A DNA stretch of 64,000 nt from Shigella phage ESh36, in the sequence record ON528746; one strand, written 5' to 3'. Made by a program: the position numbers and the translations under genes. Each line of letters starts with the position of its first letter. Within the stretch, counting starts at the first letter, position 1. The notes under the pieces were generated by a model. That model searched no databases. It was not told where the DNA came from and saw only the letters and a list, made by a program, of their open reading frames with translations. Below are positions 36,770 through 46,753 of this stretch, piece by piece.

Positions 36770-37186
36770 TTAAATGTAAATAGTTTTACCGTAGTATTTA
36801 TACCAGTGTGGCTTCATTAAAATTTTTTCATCGAGTCGTTGTTGACTCAACTTAATAGCTGATTTGCATGGATTATAATCATTTTTCCATTCTGCTGAAA
36901 TATCGCTGATGTCAGGAACTTCAGTATCTTTTATACTGAACCCACGTTTTAAGCATTCCGTTATAATGTCTGATTGACGCTTTCGCAAAAATTCTAACTT
37001 ATCGTAAAAGAACGTAACATGACCAGAACCTAAAATAAACTCGGAAGATATTTTAAAATCTTTAACCCGTTTACCATTTGCCACATGTTTACGAACTATA
37101 CCAAAAACACGTGGCAATTCACGGTATTCTGCGATTAAATGTTGATCAGCAAGTTCAGATACTAAAGTCAAATTAATACGAGTCAT
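36770..37186 (-). CDS. denV: Endonuclease V (pyrimidine dimer DNA glycosylase)
   Basis: 138 aa; [17 protein letters not shown]...[11 protein letters not shown]...; matches T4 DenV. Confidence 0.9.
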   Translation of the reverse strand: MTRINLTLVSELADQHLIAEYRELPRVFGIVRKHVANGKRVKDFKISSEFILGSGHVTFFYDKLEFLRKRQSDIITECLKRGFSIKDTEVPDISDISAEWKNDYNPCKSAIKLSQQRLDEKILMKPHWYKYYGKTIYI

Positions 37187-37209
37187 TTTATCCCTCCAAG
37201 TAATTGTGA

Positions 37210-37243
37210 ATATACTATCACAATTCTAGGAGAAAGTAAACAA
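37210..37243 (-). promoter_or_regulatory. T4-type early promoter (denV)
   Basis: GTTTAC-18 bp-TAGTAT. Confidence 0.6.
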
Positions 37244-37245
37244 CT

Positions 37246-37776
<531 letters not shown>

Positions 37777-38232
37777 TTAAAAGAGGCTGTTCATTATTCG
37801 GTAAAGTGAAGGACCCATCACATATTGCCACTGAGTGCGAGGAATAAGAGCAAAAGCATCCATCTCTGGAATCATAACTCCATCTTTATTTTCAAAATAG
37901 GACTCGCAATGGCAATTTCTAAACATCTCATGCTCTACCGGAATCGTATAATAAAATAACTGTAAGTCTTTATTACTGGAATATTTAAATACACCTAGGT
38001 CTTCTAGAAGGTCTGGATTATAATTGCTAAAGCCAGTCTCTTCTAAACATTCTCTTTTTGCAGCTTCCAGTGCGCTTAAGTCAGAACTTTCTACACGGCC
38101 CTTTGGAATATCCCAGCGATGTGCCATCATTCCAGGCTTACGAGAACCAGTAACCCGACCCATAAATAAATCTTTATCTTCTGTCATAAAGATAATACCA
38201 GCTGATAATGTTTTCATTTTAATTTCCTGCAT
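37777..38232 (-). CDS. nudE: Nudix hydrolase NudE (e.1)
   Basis: 151 aa; Nudix box GRVESSDLSALEAAKRECLEETGF. Confidence 0.85.
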   Translation of the reverse strand: MQEIKMKTLSAGIIFMTEDKDLFMGRVTGSRKPGMMAHRWDIPKGRVESSDLSALEAAKRECLEETGFSNYNPDLLEDLGVFKYSSNKDLQLFYYTIPVEHEMFRNCHCESYFENKDGVMIPEMDAFALIPRTQWQYVMGPSLYRIMNSLF

Positions 38233-38702
38233 TCAGTGATAAAGTTATTTAAATTTTGAGCATATTTCTTTTCATCATAAATCTTTTGCTGTCTGCGTAA
38301 ACGCCATGGCATTTCAATGAACGTGTACCATATCCCAGATAATATTGCTGCTGTAAAAATATTAACAAGTATGGTTAAAATAATCCAATCTCCCGTTCTG
38401 TCTACTGGACTTTCTCCAAAGAAGCAAAATACAAATGATGTCACAGGAAAACTAATAATATACCACAGAATCATAATCTTATCTGTGAACCAATCAGTGT
38501 TCGTTAATTTAGCGCGACCGTTATGAATACACACGAATTTATCGTCTGTTATAGTAGATGGCTTAACTGGTTGATATCCCATTCTAAACTCCCTAATCAA
38601 CAAATTTTTCATATCTTCGGAACAGCCATTCCAGTCAACTCTATCAACTGAAATGCCATCATCCCCATCATCTAAATCATACCAGCGAGTTTTTAAAATC
38701 AT
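38214..38702 (-). CDS. Membrane protein (e.2 position)
   Basis: 162 aa; two adjacent hydrophobic segments in the C-terminal half. Confidence 0.45.
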   Translation of the reverse strand: MILKTRWYDLDDGDDGISVDRVDWNGCSEDMKNLLIREFRMGYQPVKPSTITDDKFVCIHNGRAKLTNTDWFTDKIMILWYIISFPVTSFVFCFFGESPVDRTGDWIILTILVNIFTAAILSGIWYTFIEMPWRLRRQQKIYDEKKYAQNLNNFITECRKLK

Positions 38703-39061
38703 TTGATTTTCCTACAATCATTCACGAATTCTTTCATTGATTCATTTTCAATATAAGACATGTAGTTATTATATTCTTTTAATTGTATTTTGTAATCCTT
38801 TTTTCTTTGCCAATTTATTTTAAAATTATCATAATGAAAATATAAAATAATACCAAAGAATGAAAATAATGAAATAATTTTAGTATAACAAAGCTCACTC
38901 CAAACTTCTGTTATATTTACTGTGCCGTCGATGTTTAAAATAAGACAGTCAATTAACAATCCAAAAAGACTACCCGCAAGAGCTGCAGCCAACGCTACAG
39001 CAAAAATTAAAAATGACTCAGAAAACGAATATTTGACTTTATTTAGTTTTGGCTTTTGCAT
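38699..39061 (-). CDS. Membrane protein (e.3 position)
   Basis: 120 aa; two TM-like segments. Confidence 0.45.
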   Translation of the reverse strand: MQKPKLNKVKYSFSESFLIFAVALAAALAGSLFGLLIDCLILNIDGTVNITEVWSELCYTKIISLFSFFGIILYFHYDNFKINWQRKKDYKIQLKEYNNYMSYIENESMKEFVNDCRKIK

Positions 39062-39456
39062 CGTGATTCCTTAACAAATTTCATAATTTCATTAAATTCA
39101 TACATATCAAGTTTAAGCTGGTGTTCCTTTTTAATCTTTTCACACTGTGCTTTCCAATCACGTACACGTTTACGATAATGTCTTCCTTGATACCAATATC
39201 CTATCCAATTTACAGGTACTAATAAAAGTGGAACTATTAATGGAAGAATTAGCATTAACACAAGTATTTCGCCAGAATCAATATCAGTCATAACATCTAA
39301 AACACCTCCAATAATCAATAGAATTACAAATGATATGAGTATAACAGGACCTATTAACACATCAGTAGAAATTATCTGGCGCTTTAATTCATACTTTAAG
39401 GGTTTACTTGGAAGATACATTGATGGCTTTGACATATTCTCTACATTCCTTAACAA
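39043..39456 (-). CDS. Membrane protein (e.4 position)
   Basis: 137 aa; two TM-like segments; 3' end RCKSQN resembles the CRKLK/CRKIK ends of e.2/e.3. Confidence 0.45.
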   Translation of the reverse strand: MLRNVENMSKPSMYLPSKPLKYELKRQIISTDVLIGPVILISFVILLIIGGVLDVMTDIDSGEILVLMLILPLIVPLLLVPVNWIGYWYQGRHYRKRVRDWKAQCEKIKKEHQLKLDMYEFNEIMKFVKESRCKSQN

Positions 39457-40012
39457 ATTTTTCTAGTAATAAATCGCTTTCAAAACTAGGATTTTCCACG
39501 AATTTATCAAAAAGATCATCAACAATAGTTAAGATATTCTTTTTACTAAGAATACGTTTATTTTCATGCTTTGTTTCAGAATCAATTATAAGAGTAAAGA
39601 AATATTTCTTTCCCTGAAATTTTACCGTAGTATCAATATAGAACAAATTTGACTTTTGTAAATTACGTTTAAACCATGCGTCACTTAAACTATAAACGCC
39701 AAGATAATCATAATCGTCATTTAAATAACAAACCGTCCATTCAGGAGAAATGAAATCAGTAAATTCAACATCAAAATCACACGTCAATGAATGAATTGAT
39801 TCAATACTGTTAATGAGTATTCCAGGACGTATTAAAGACTTTTTACCTCTAGAAAATCTTCCAGAAAGACTTTCAACAGTTTCATATGAAGAACCCCAAT
39901 AATAATTACGTCCTTCTGCCATACGTTTAAGAGCATTTAATAATTGGTCTGGAACATCAACCTGTCTTTGGAACTCTTCAAACATTGAATTGAAATCACT
40001 TTGCATTTTCAT
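39404..40012 (-). CDS. Hypothetical protein (e.5 position)
   Basis: 202 aa ORF. Confidence 0.45.
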   Translation of the reverse strand: MKMQSDFNSMFEEFQRQVDVPDQLLNALKRMAEGRNYYWGSSYETVESLSGRFSRGKKSLIRPGILINSIESIHSLTCDFDVEFTDFISPEWTVCYLNDDYDYLGVYSLSDAWFKRNLQKSNLFYIDTTVKFQGKKYFFTLIIDSETKHENKRILSKKNILTIVDDLFDKFVENPSFESDLLLEKFVKECREYVKAINVSSK

Positions 40013-40032
40013 TCCTACTTACTCCAAGTAAT

Positions 40033-40048
40033 AGGGGCCGAAGCCCCT
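40033..40048 (-). other. C(UUCG)G-type hairpin between e.6 and e.5
   Basis: AGGGGC-CGAA-GCCCCT. Confidence 0.55.
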
Positions 40049-40053
40049 TATCA

Positions 40054-40647
40054 TTATTTCAGAGAATTAATATATTCCTGAACATCGGCAGAGGTAGTTT
40101 CAACCCCAGAAATATTACCATTAAAGGTTTCAACTCGAGCAAGAGTATCTTCAATATCAACCTTAGTCAGTGCTGCAATTTCAACTACATCATCAGCAGT
40201 ACTAATTCCAAGGGCATTCGCGGCGCGAGTTTCACGGATATATTCCAATTTAACTGCAAGTTCTTGGCGAGCATCATCTAACTCAACTACTTTCTTGGCA
40301 ATTTCAATTCGCATTTCAGCATAACCATCAGCTTTAGTAGTCAACTGCTCAGCTGTTCGACGATATAGTAAGCCGAGTTTAGCATGCATTGTTACATCTT
40401 GACCTTCGGAAAGAAGCTTGCGAATTTCACGCTCTTTTGATTCAGCCTGTTTATTCTTTTCAATAACAAGTTCACGAATACGCTTTTCTTCATTAATAGA
40501 TTTAACAGAAGCGGTTTTTAGATCTTTAATTTTATCAAGTAGTTTTGCTGCTGCAGCAGTATACTGTTCTTCAACAGATAGATTTTTAGCCATAGCAGAA
40601 CCAAGTTTAGTGCGAATAAACTCAACAATTTTCTTCAGTGTGTTCAT
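40054..40647 (-). CDS. Coiled-coil protein (e.6 position)
   Basis: 197 aa; largely helical/coiled-coil composition. Confidence 0.45.
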   Translation of the reverse strand: MNTLKKIVEFIRTKLGSAMAKNLSVEEQYTAAAAKLLDKIKDLKTASVKSINEEKRIRELVIEKNKQAESKEREIRKLLSEGQDVTMHAKLGLLYRRTAEQLTTKADGYAEMRIEIAKKVVELDDARQELAVKLEYIRETRAANALGISTADDVVEIAALTKVDIEDTLARVETFNGNISGVETTSADVQEYINSLK

Positions 40648-40672
40648 AGTATTTCCTTAGGTTGGTATAATT

Positions 40673-40705
40673 AGATAATATCACGTTTTAATAGATGGTA
40701 AACTT
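40673..40705 (-). promoter_or_regulatory. T4-type early promoter
   Basis: GTTTAC-17 bp-TATTAT. Confidence 0.55.
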
Positions 40706-41039
40706 ATTCTTCGTCTAGCTCGTCGATAAAGACGTTGATGGCCTCGATAACGGCATCATTGATAGCTAATAAAATAAAATCATCGTCAGTACCTTTAGAA
40801 GATTCTAAAGCATTGATATATGCTTGGTTGGCGAGTTCCCAAGCCTTTTTAAAATAAGGAGCTTCATCATCAGGACAAATATCCCGCACGCCTTCAAAGA
40901 TACGTTTGGCATAATCTAACACCCATTGTACAGGCATGTTTTGAGAACGTTCGTTAAACTCTTTAAAGTCCTTAGATTCAAAAAGCTCTTCAGGATAATT
41001 ATTTCTATTACAAAAAGCTTTACTAAAGTTACGTTTCAT
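40704..41039 (-). CDS. Hypothetical acidic protein (e.7 position)
   Basis: 111 aa ORF. Confidence 0.45.
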   Translation of the reverse strand: MKRNFSKAFCNRNNYPEELFESKDFKEFNERSQNMPVQWVLDYAKRIFEGVRDICPDDEAPYFKKAWELANQAYINALESSKGTDDDFILLAINDAVIEAINVFIDELDEE

Positions 41040-41095
41040 AATGTTTTCCTCATTTGTATAGGCTCATAATATCTCAGTCATGAGCCTATGTAAAC

Positions 41096-41359
41096 TTATT
41101 TCATATTATTGAAATATTCTTCTGCGATTTCGTCGTTATCATGGTAAACTTTAGAAGACAGTTTAACATAACCTTCAGCAGTGAACATGTTAATCACAAC
41201 CTTTACAGTATACCACTGACCGTCTTCATTACCCATTACTGCATAAGTTTCAAACATCGGATGGTCAGGACCGATAACTTTAATATCATTCACTGTACGA
41301 CCAAAATCTTCTGAAACACATTTCATAAAGAAGTTGAACAGTTCACCGTAATTATCCAT
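41096..41359 (-). CDS. Hypothetical protein (e.8 position); start moved downstream of the promoter
   Basis: ATG at 41359 with GGAG SD gives 87 aa (MDNYGELFNFF...); the ORF-track N-terminus is translated promoter. Confidence 0.45.
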   Translation of the reverse strand: MDNYGELFNFFMKCVSEDFGRTVNDIKVIGPDHPMFETYAVMGNEDGQWYTVKVVINMFTAEGYVKLSSKVYHDNDEIAEEYFNNMK

Positions 41360-41400
41360 TTCATTCTCCAAGTTGTTTTCTGTATCAGTAGTTGATAGTT

Positions 41401-41434
41401 GTATAGTACCATGGAAGAACAGAGATGTAAACAG
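41401..41434 (-). promoter_or_regulatory. T4-type early promoter
   Basis: GTTTAC-18 bp-TACTAT. Confidence 0.6.
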
Positions 41435-41554
41435 TTTTGTGAAAAAATTTTTAGGGAATTCTAGGGCAGGGATGGGCAATTAAAGGATAGGATAATATAT
41501 TATAAAGGGTATAAACTAAATGATGCCTAGAGAGGCCCGGAAAGGCCTAGATAC

Positions 41555-41580
41555 CAAAAAGCCCTATCATTTAGATAGGG
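41555..41580 (-). terminator. Intrinsic terminator downstream of the internal-protein gene
   Basis: CCCTATC-ATTTA-GATAGGG hairpin followed on the transcript by CUUUUU. Confidence 0.6.
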
Positions 41581-41588
41581 ATTTAAAA

Positions 41589-42152
41589 TTATTTACCTAG
41601 TTTACTTATTATAGCTTCTGCAGCAGCTTTTAGCTTAGATGCAGTGTTAATACGATTTTTAATTTCAGTATACGCATCGCCAAGAACATCAAGGCTATCA
41701 GAATAAACACTTACACTATTGCGTTCGCTATTTGAAATAGAACCTTTAGTTTTGCGGTCAAAATCGGTGTACACGTCTTGAAGATCGCGGGCTGCCTTCT
41801 TTGCATCATCCAATGCATCAAGAGCTTTATTCAAAGCATTAACGTATTTTTTAGTGTCGAACATATTCTTAGAAATTTTAACAGGTGCGCGTTCAGGAGT
41901 AGCTAACACAGATTTAGGAACCTGAGCGCCAGATGCCAATTTCTTAGAAATTTTGAAAAATGCTTTATTGAATTTATTTTCTTGACTCATTGTAAAAGAA
42001 CTATTATCGATGTTGTACATTTCAATAGCTTTAGCTTTCCACTTAAGAAAATCGCCGCGGTCTTTTGGGTCCAATTGGAAGAATACTTTAGTAAGATCTG
42101 CTTCAGATGGTAATTTTGCTGCTTCGGTTAAAAATTCGGCATAGGTTTTCAT
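41589..42152 (-). CDS. Head internal protein (IP family) with capsid targeting sequence
   Basis: 187 aa; N-terminal MKTYAEFLTEA leader. Confidence 0.6.
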   Translation of the reverse strand: MKTYAEFLTEAAKLPSEADLTKVFFQLDPKDRGDFLKWKAKAIEMYNIDNSSFTMSQENKFNKAFFKISKKLASGAQVPKSVLATPERAPVKISKNMFDTKKYVNALNKALDALDDAKKAARDLQDVYTDFDRKTKGSISNSERNSVSVYSDSLDVLGDAYTEIKNRINTASKLKAAAEAIISKLGK

Positions 42153-42242
42153 TTAAAATCCTTGAAATAATTTATCGGTTGGTTATTAATTATTTATTAC
42201 TTTGTTACTATCCGTAACAGCGTTATCCGAGTGATTCAAACT

Positions 42243-42270
42243 AAAAAGCCCCAACCTTTCGGTCGGGGCT
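42243..42270 (-). terminator. Strong intrinsic terminator ending the tRNA/small-RNA transcription unit
   Basis: 10-bp stem AGCCCCGACC/GGUUGGGGCU with GAAA loop, followed by UUUUU on the transcript. Confidence 0.7.
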
Positions 42271-42272
42271 AA

Positions 42273-42586
42273 GCCTTGCGGCAACCTTGTCGGGGTTCCA
42301 CCTGCTAAGGCAAGTGTTTGTACGAAACGCCGGGACTTGAACCCGGTTATTAAGTAGTTGACGCTACTCAATATTTTTAAAAGGCCATATCTCGACCATA
42401 TCCGAACGTTCCGTCAAAAACGCTACTCGGCTTACGGCAAAGATATTTCCTCGAATCGATAATTCGGTGCGCCGTTTCTGCTGTGATATAAGGGGACATT
42501 AACAAAACATAAAGATTTATTAATGCCAGTCCTTAAACAGGGAACATCAGTCCGACGACTTACCGGTAGCGACCCGGTTTCTTGTC
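42273..42586 (-). ncRNA. Candidate stable small RNA(s) between tRNA-Arg and the terminator (T4 species 1/2 position)
   Basis: No credible ORF; lies inside the tRNA operon before its terminator; contains a T-arm-like CCGGG-UUCAAGU-CCCGG element; boundaries not determined. Confidence 0.3.
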
Positions 42587-42662
42587 TGGTCGAGGCAGTA
42601 GGGATCGAACCTACGACCCAGGACTTAGAAGGTCCTTGCTCTTCCTTCTGAGCTATGCCTCG
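42587..42662 (-). tRNA. tRNA-Arg (anticodon UCU)
   Basis: Manual cloverleaf: acceptor CGAGGCA, anticodon loop CUUCUAA, T-loop GGTTCGATCC, CCA encoded. Confidence 0.85.
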
Positions 42663-42666
42663 TATT

Positions 42667-42741
42667 TGGCGGACGTGATAGGATTCGAACCTATAACCAA
42701 TCGCTTAACAGGCGATCGCTCTGCCATTGAGCTACACATCC
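42667..42741 (-). tRNA. tRNA-Asn (anticodon GUU)
   Basis: Manual cloverleaf: D-stem GCTC/GAGC, anticodon stem ATCGC/GCGAT, loop CUGUUAA, T-arm ATAGG-TTCGAAT-CCTAT, CCA encoded. Confidence 0.8.
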
Positions 42742-42745
42742 AAAT

Positions 42746-42832
42746 TGGTGGGGAGTGATGGAGTCGAACCACCCGAGTCGCAATGACAATGAATTTACAG
42801 TCCACACCGCTACCTCTACGGGATAACTCCCC
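42746..42832 (-). tRNA. tRNA-Tyr (anticodon GUA), type II with long variable arm
   Basis: 87 nt; anticodon loop CUGUAAA; variable arm GTC-ATTGC-GAC; T-loop GGTTCGACTCC; CCA encoded. Confidence 0.75.
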
Positions 42833-42845
42833 TTAATTCTTAATT

Positions 42846-42920
42846 TGGTGGCCCTGGGTGGAATTGAACCACCATCTGGCGATTATGAGTCGCTTGCTTG
42901 AACCTTCCAGCTACAGGGCC
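42846..42920 (-). tRNA. tRNA-Ile (anticodon CAU, Ile2/lysidine type; Met not excluded)
   Basis: Anticodon arm GCGAC-UCAUAAU-CGC as in E. coli tRNA-Ile2; acceptor GGCCCTG/CAGGGCC; unusual short D-stem. Confidence 0.7.
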
Positions 42921-42921
42921 T

Positions 42922-42997
42922 TGGTGCTGATTGACGGAATCGAACCGCCGACCTTCTCATTACAAGTGAGTTGCTCTACCTACTGAGCTAAATCAGC
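42922..42997 (-). tRNA. tRNA-Thr (anticodon UGU)
   Basis: Canonical cloverleaf; anticodon loop CUUGUAA; CCA encoded. Confidence 0.85.
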
Positions 42998-43002
42998 AAA
43001 AC

Positions 43003-43092
43003 TGGCGGAGGCGATAGGATTTGAACCTATGAGTCGCCGGAGCGACTGCCGGTTTTCAAGACCGGTGCATTAAACCACTCTGCCACGCCTCC
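43003..43092 (-). tRNA. tRNA-Ser (anticodon UGA), type II
   Basis: 90 nt; matches remembered T4 tRNA-Ser; anticodon loop CUUGAAA; long variable arm. Confidence 0.88.
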
Positions 43093-43094
43093 AG

Positions 43095-43168
43095 TCTCCA
43101 TACAAGGATTTGAACCTTGGACCTCCTGATCCCAAATCAGGCGCTCTACCAAACTGAGCTACACGGAG
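43095..43168 (-). tRNA. tRNA-Pro (anticodon UGG); 3' CCA not encoded
   Basis: Anticodon loop UUUGGGA; followed by CU and then the tRNA-Ser 5' end (Pro-Ser dimeric precursor arrangement). Confidence 0.85.
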
Positions 43169-43178
43169 TAAATTAAAT

Positions 43179-43252
<74 letters not shown>

Positions 43253-43257
43253 AAATT

Positions 43258-43344
43258 TGGTGCGAGAAGTGGGACTCGAACCCACAAGGAAATCATTCCG
43301 CAGCATTTTAAGTGCTGTGCCTTTACCAATTTGACCATTCTCGC
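43258..43344 (-). tRNA. tRNA-Leu (anticodon UAA), type II
   Basis: 87 nt; matches remembered T4 tRNA-Leu (GCGAGAAUGGUCAAAUUGGUAAAGGCACAGCACUUAAAAUGCUGCGG...). Confidence 0.9.
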
Positions 43345-43345
43345 G

Positions 43346-43418
43346 CTGGGAATAAAGGACTCGAACCTTTGCATCTAGCAGTCAAAGTGCTATGCCTTAC
43401 CAACTTGGCTAATTCCCA
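43346..43418 (-). tRNA. tRNA-Gln (anticodon UUG); 3' CCA not encoded
   Basis: Starts UGGGAAU; anticodon loop CUUUGAC; discriminator G then one C before the tRNA-Leu 5' end. Confidence 0.88.
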
Positions 43419-43504
43419 ATTATTAACAAAGGCTCTCAAACAAGAACCCTTGATGATAGAGGGTATTAATCAGTGCGATATGAGTTAATAATAACAAATA
43501 ATTC

Positions 43505-44020
43505 TTAAAGCAAATTAAACATTTTAACTGTCGGCAAAACAATTTCTTCTTCGATATAAGCAAATTCTACATGTTCAACTACACGCAAGAAATCATATTC
43601 ATAGTATTCAGAAGCATGACCAAGAATATCAATGAGGCCTTCAGATATCTTATTACCATTCACAAAGAATAAGTCAAATACACGTTCTTCATCTTCTTCG
43701 GATTTATTACCAAGGTCAACTTCTATATCAAAAACTTTTTTAATGAATTCTGGATAAAGTTGGTCTGAGAACAGTCCTTCAACCAAATATTCATATATAA
43801 AAAGCTCCTGCTCGCTGAACAAACCATTACCACAATAACGGTCAGCTTTAGTGCTAGAATGACGACTCTTAAACTTCTTCAAGAGATATTTAAATTGCTG
43901 GAGCTCATGCTCTTCTACACCAAATAGTGTTTTGGTTTTATAGTTGTCACCATCATTTTCATAGGTAGTGACATCAATTACGTAGCCCTTAGGAATTGTG
44001 CTGCCTAAACGAATATACAT
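43505..44020 (-). CDS. Hypothetical acidic protein
   Basis: 171 aa ORF; first gene region upstream of the tRNA cluster. Confidence 0.45.
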   Translation of the reverse strand: MYIRLGSTIPKGYVIDVTTYENDGDNYKTKTLFGVEEHELQQFKYLLKKFKSRHSSTKADRYCGNGLFSEQELFIYEYLVEGLFSDQLYPEFIKKVFDIEVDLGNKSEEDEERVFDLFFVNGNKISEGLIDILGHASEYYEYDFLRVVEHVEFAYIEEEIVLPTVKMFNLL

Positions 44021-44316
44021 TTGCTCACCATATTAATGTAAGTATATTTAATACATTCAAGACCCAAAGGATTCTTGAAAATATCATATTCAAGAGGACC
44101 TTTTTCTGTTTCAATAAAGAAATCAAAATTTACTGTATTAAATTTGCGGTCTTCCTTTACTAATTTAACTTGAGAAGATGAACGGCCAATGTAAACCTTT
44201 TCAACTTCAAAATATGTTAAAATACCATAATCATCAATCAAGGATTTAGCTGCTTCTTGATCATATTTATATCCATTTTCAATGGATGATACTTTCGCAT
44301 AAAGAATCATTATCAA
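44005..44316 (-). CDS. Hypothetical protein
   Basis: 103 aa ORF; overlaps neighbours. Confidence 0.4.
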   Translation of the reverse strand: MIMILYAKVSSIENGYKYDQEAAKSLIDDYGILTYFEVEKVYIGRSSSQVKLVKEDRKFNTVNFDFFIETEKGPLEYDIFKNPLGLECIKYTYINMVSKCIFV

Positions 44317-44702
44317 CCTTCATCAACAATAGTGTGCGTATTGGCATTAACTATTTGCCACCAATCAAAGCGATTAGAACCATACATCGGTTTGTTTTCA
44401 TTTTCTTTGATAATGTCACGGAGTTCATCTTCGGTAGCGGCTTTCGCTATTAAATCAGCATATCCACCACGAGGATAATAATTATCACCTGCAAAAAGTA
44501 AAAAGTTTGGTTTAATGTTATTGAACTCTTCAAGAGTAATAACTTTTCCTGACGGTTGAACAATCTCTACATATTTATATCCCAATTTTTGAGCAGCATC
44601 TACTGCTTCAAGCAAAGTATCATGAGCCCATCCAATTTGACAACCTGGCTTTTCAGATGGATTCGCCTGATAATCCGCATACACTTTATACATTCTATTC
44701 AC
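44313..44702 (-). CDS. Hypothetical protein
   Basis: 129 aa ORF. Confidence 0.45.
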   Translation of the reverse strand: MNRMYKVYADYQANPSEKPGCQIGWAHDTLLEAVDAAQKLGYKYVEIVQPSGKVITLEEFNNIKPNFLLFAGDNYYPRGGYADLIAKAATEDELRDIIKENENKPMYGSNRFDWWQIVNANTHTIVDEG

Positions 44703-44880
44703 CTTTAGAAATTTTATCCATAACGATAGCGATTAAACCAATTAAAAATGCTACTACAAGTGAAAACACATTTTCTGCTGTAGTTAATAATCCACATATA
44801 AATCCAACAAACATTGAAAAACTAAAAGCAGAAGCAGAAATTGCAATAGCAACATTTCGAATTAATTCACAACGTTTCAT
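44695..44880 (-). CDS. Small membrane protein; start moved downstream of the promoter
   Basis: ATG at 44880 with GGAG SD gives 61 aa, mostly hydrophobic (…AISASAFSFSMFVGFICGLLT…VVAFLIGLIAIV). Confidence 0.45.
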   Translation of the reverse strand: MKRCELIRNVAIAISASAFSFSMFVGFICGLLTTAENVFSLVVAFLIGLIAIVMDKISKGE

Positions 44881-44907
44881 TTTTATTCTCCTCAGTAGTT
44901 GATAGGG

Positions 44908-44941
44908 TAATAGTATCACAACTAAAACCCTATGTAAACAA
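44908..44941 (-). promoter_or_regulatory. T4-type early promoter
   Basis: GTTTAC-18 bp-TACTAT. Confidence 0.6.
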
Positions 44942-44951
44942 CTTTGTGAAA

Positions 44952-45209
44952 TTATTTTAAATCTTCTAATCGTTTCTTCATCTTAGAACCATTTTTAGCA
45001 ATTTCTCCTGCATCGGAGCATAATGCTAAAAGCGCTTTAACTTTAGTTTGATCTCCTTTAAAAGACGAAGGATCGACTGCAGCAGCAAGTTCTTTAATAC
45101 GAGAGAAAAGACGCTCAGCTTCAGCTAAAGCCATTCCAAGCTTTACTTCCATACCGTGGGAAGATTCAATGATAGTAGTTTTTGTAGCAAACTCTTTGAA
45201 AGTTTTCAT
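44952..45209 (-). CDS. Head internal protein, IPI-position allele with capsid targeting sequence
   Basis: 85 aa; N-terminal MKTFKEFATKTTIIE leader; sits just upstream of 57B as T4 ipI does, but the mature part differs from remembered T4 IPI. Confidence 0.5.
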   Translation of the reverse strand: MKTFKEFATKTTIIESSHGMEVKLGMALAEAERLFSRIKELAAAVDPSSFKGDQTKVKALLALCSDAGEIAKNGSKMKKRLEDLK

Positions 45210-45237
45210 TTTATTTTCCTAATTAATTTTGATGAGA

Positions 45238-45271
45238 TAATAGTATCACTACCTCATCAGCATGTAAACAA
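45238..45271 (-). promoter_or_regulatory. T4-type early promoter (internal protein gene)
   Basis: GTTTAC-18 bp-TACTAT; ~30 nt upstream of the ATG. Confidence 0.6.
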
Positions 45272-45281
45272 CTTTGTGAAA

Positions 45282-45978
<697 letters not shown>

Positions 45979-45979
<1 letters not shown>

Positions 45980-46704
45980 TATAGTACCTTTAGTGTATTT
46001 TTAATTTTAGAAAAAAGTTCTTCAAGAGAACCATCGTTTGTAATTACTAAATCGCCATCACGAATTGGCAATCCAGCTTCTGTAATATGTGTATCATTGG
46101 ATTTTTGGCCAGGACGAACTACATGAATTACTGTAGCACCCATCGCCCTAGCCGCATCCATTTCATGATCTTGACGGGTATCAGGAACGATATAATAATC
46201 ATAACCTGAGTTAAATTTATCAAGATAATCTAAAGCAAATAATTTTACCCAGTACATGCGGTCGAAGTTATTAACAATCAAATCCGTACCTAGGGCTTGC
46301 ATCAGACGACGGACTGACCATTGATCTTCAATATTATTTATAACGTCAGCAATCTTATTAAATGCTACGAAAGTAACTGATTCTTTTCCTTCGTCATCAA
46401 AAACAAACACGCCTTTAATTGGGCTTTTACTATTAAGATAGCAAAATGCTTGTTCCATAATCGTAATTACTTCTAATTTAGTCAGATTTAAATTAGTCTC
46501 ACGATCATAATCAATTCCTTCAAACTCTTTACGAGTTAAGCAAGGATAATCATTGTTTGCTGCAAATACACCCCATGCATAAGCCAACGCATCTTTAATA
46601 GGACCAGCAAGTTGATATTTAGCTGCAGAATAATTATTCATGATAAAATCTGCAGTAGTATCTTTTCCACTACGCTTTACACCGCTTAAAAAGATTAGTT
46701 TCAT
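45979..46704 (-). CDS. 1: Deoxynucleoside monophosphate kinase gp1
   Basis: 241 aa from the ATG at 46704 (MKLIFLSGVKRSGKDTT...); P-loop; the ORF-track start is a 13-codon extension. Confidence 0.88.
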
Positions 46705-46753
46705 GTGTTTCTCCTCAAATTTAATTAAGATTATAACACACAAAACTGAAGCA

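Noticed and set aside
42186-42371. 61-aa minus-strand ORF overlapping the tRNA-operon terminator and small-RNA region
   Set aside because: It spans a strong terminator hairpin and has no SD; the region is more plausibly non-coding RNA.
43419-43504. Promoter for the tRNA operon upstream of tRNA-Gln
   Set aside because: No convincing GTTTAC/TATAAT or MotA-box pairing with correct spacing was found by eye; a promoter is expected here but could not be placed.
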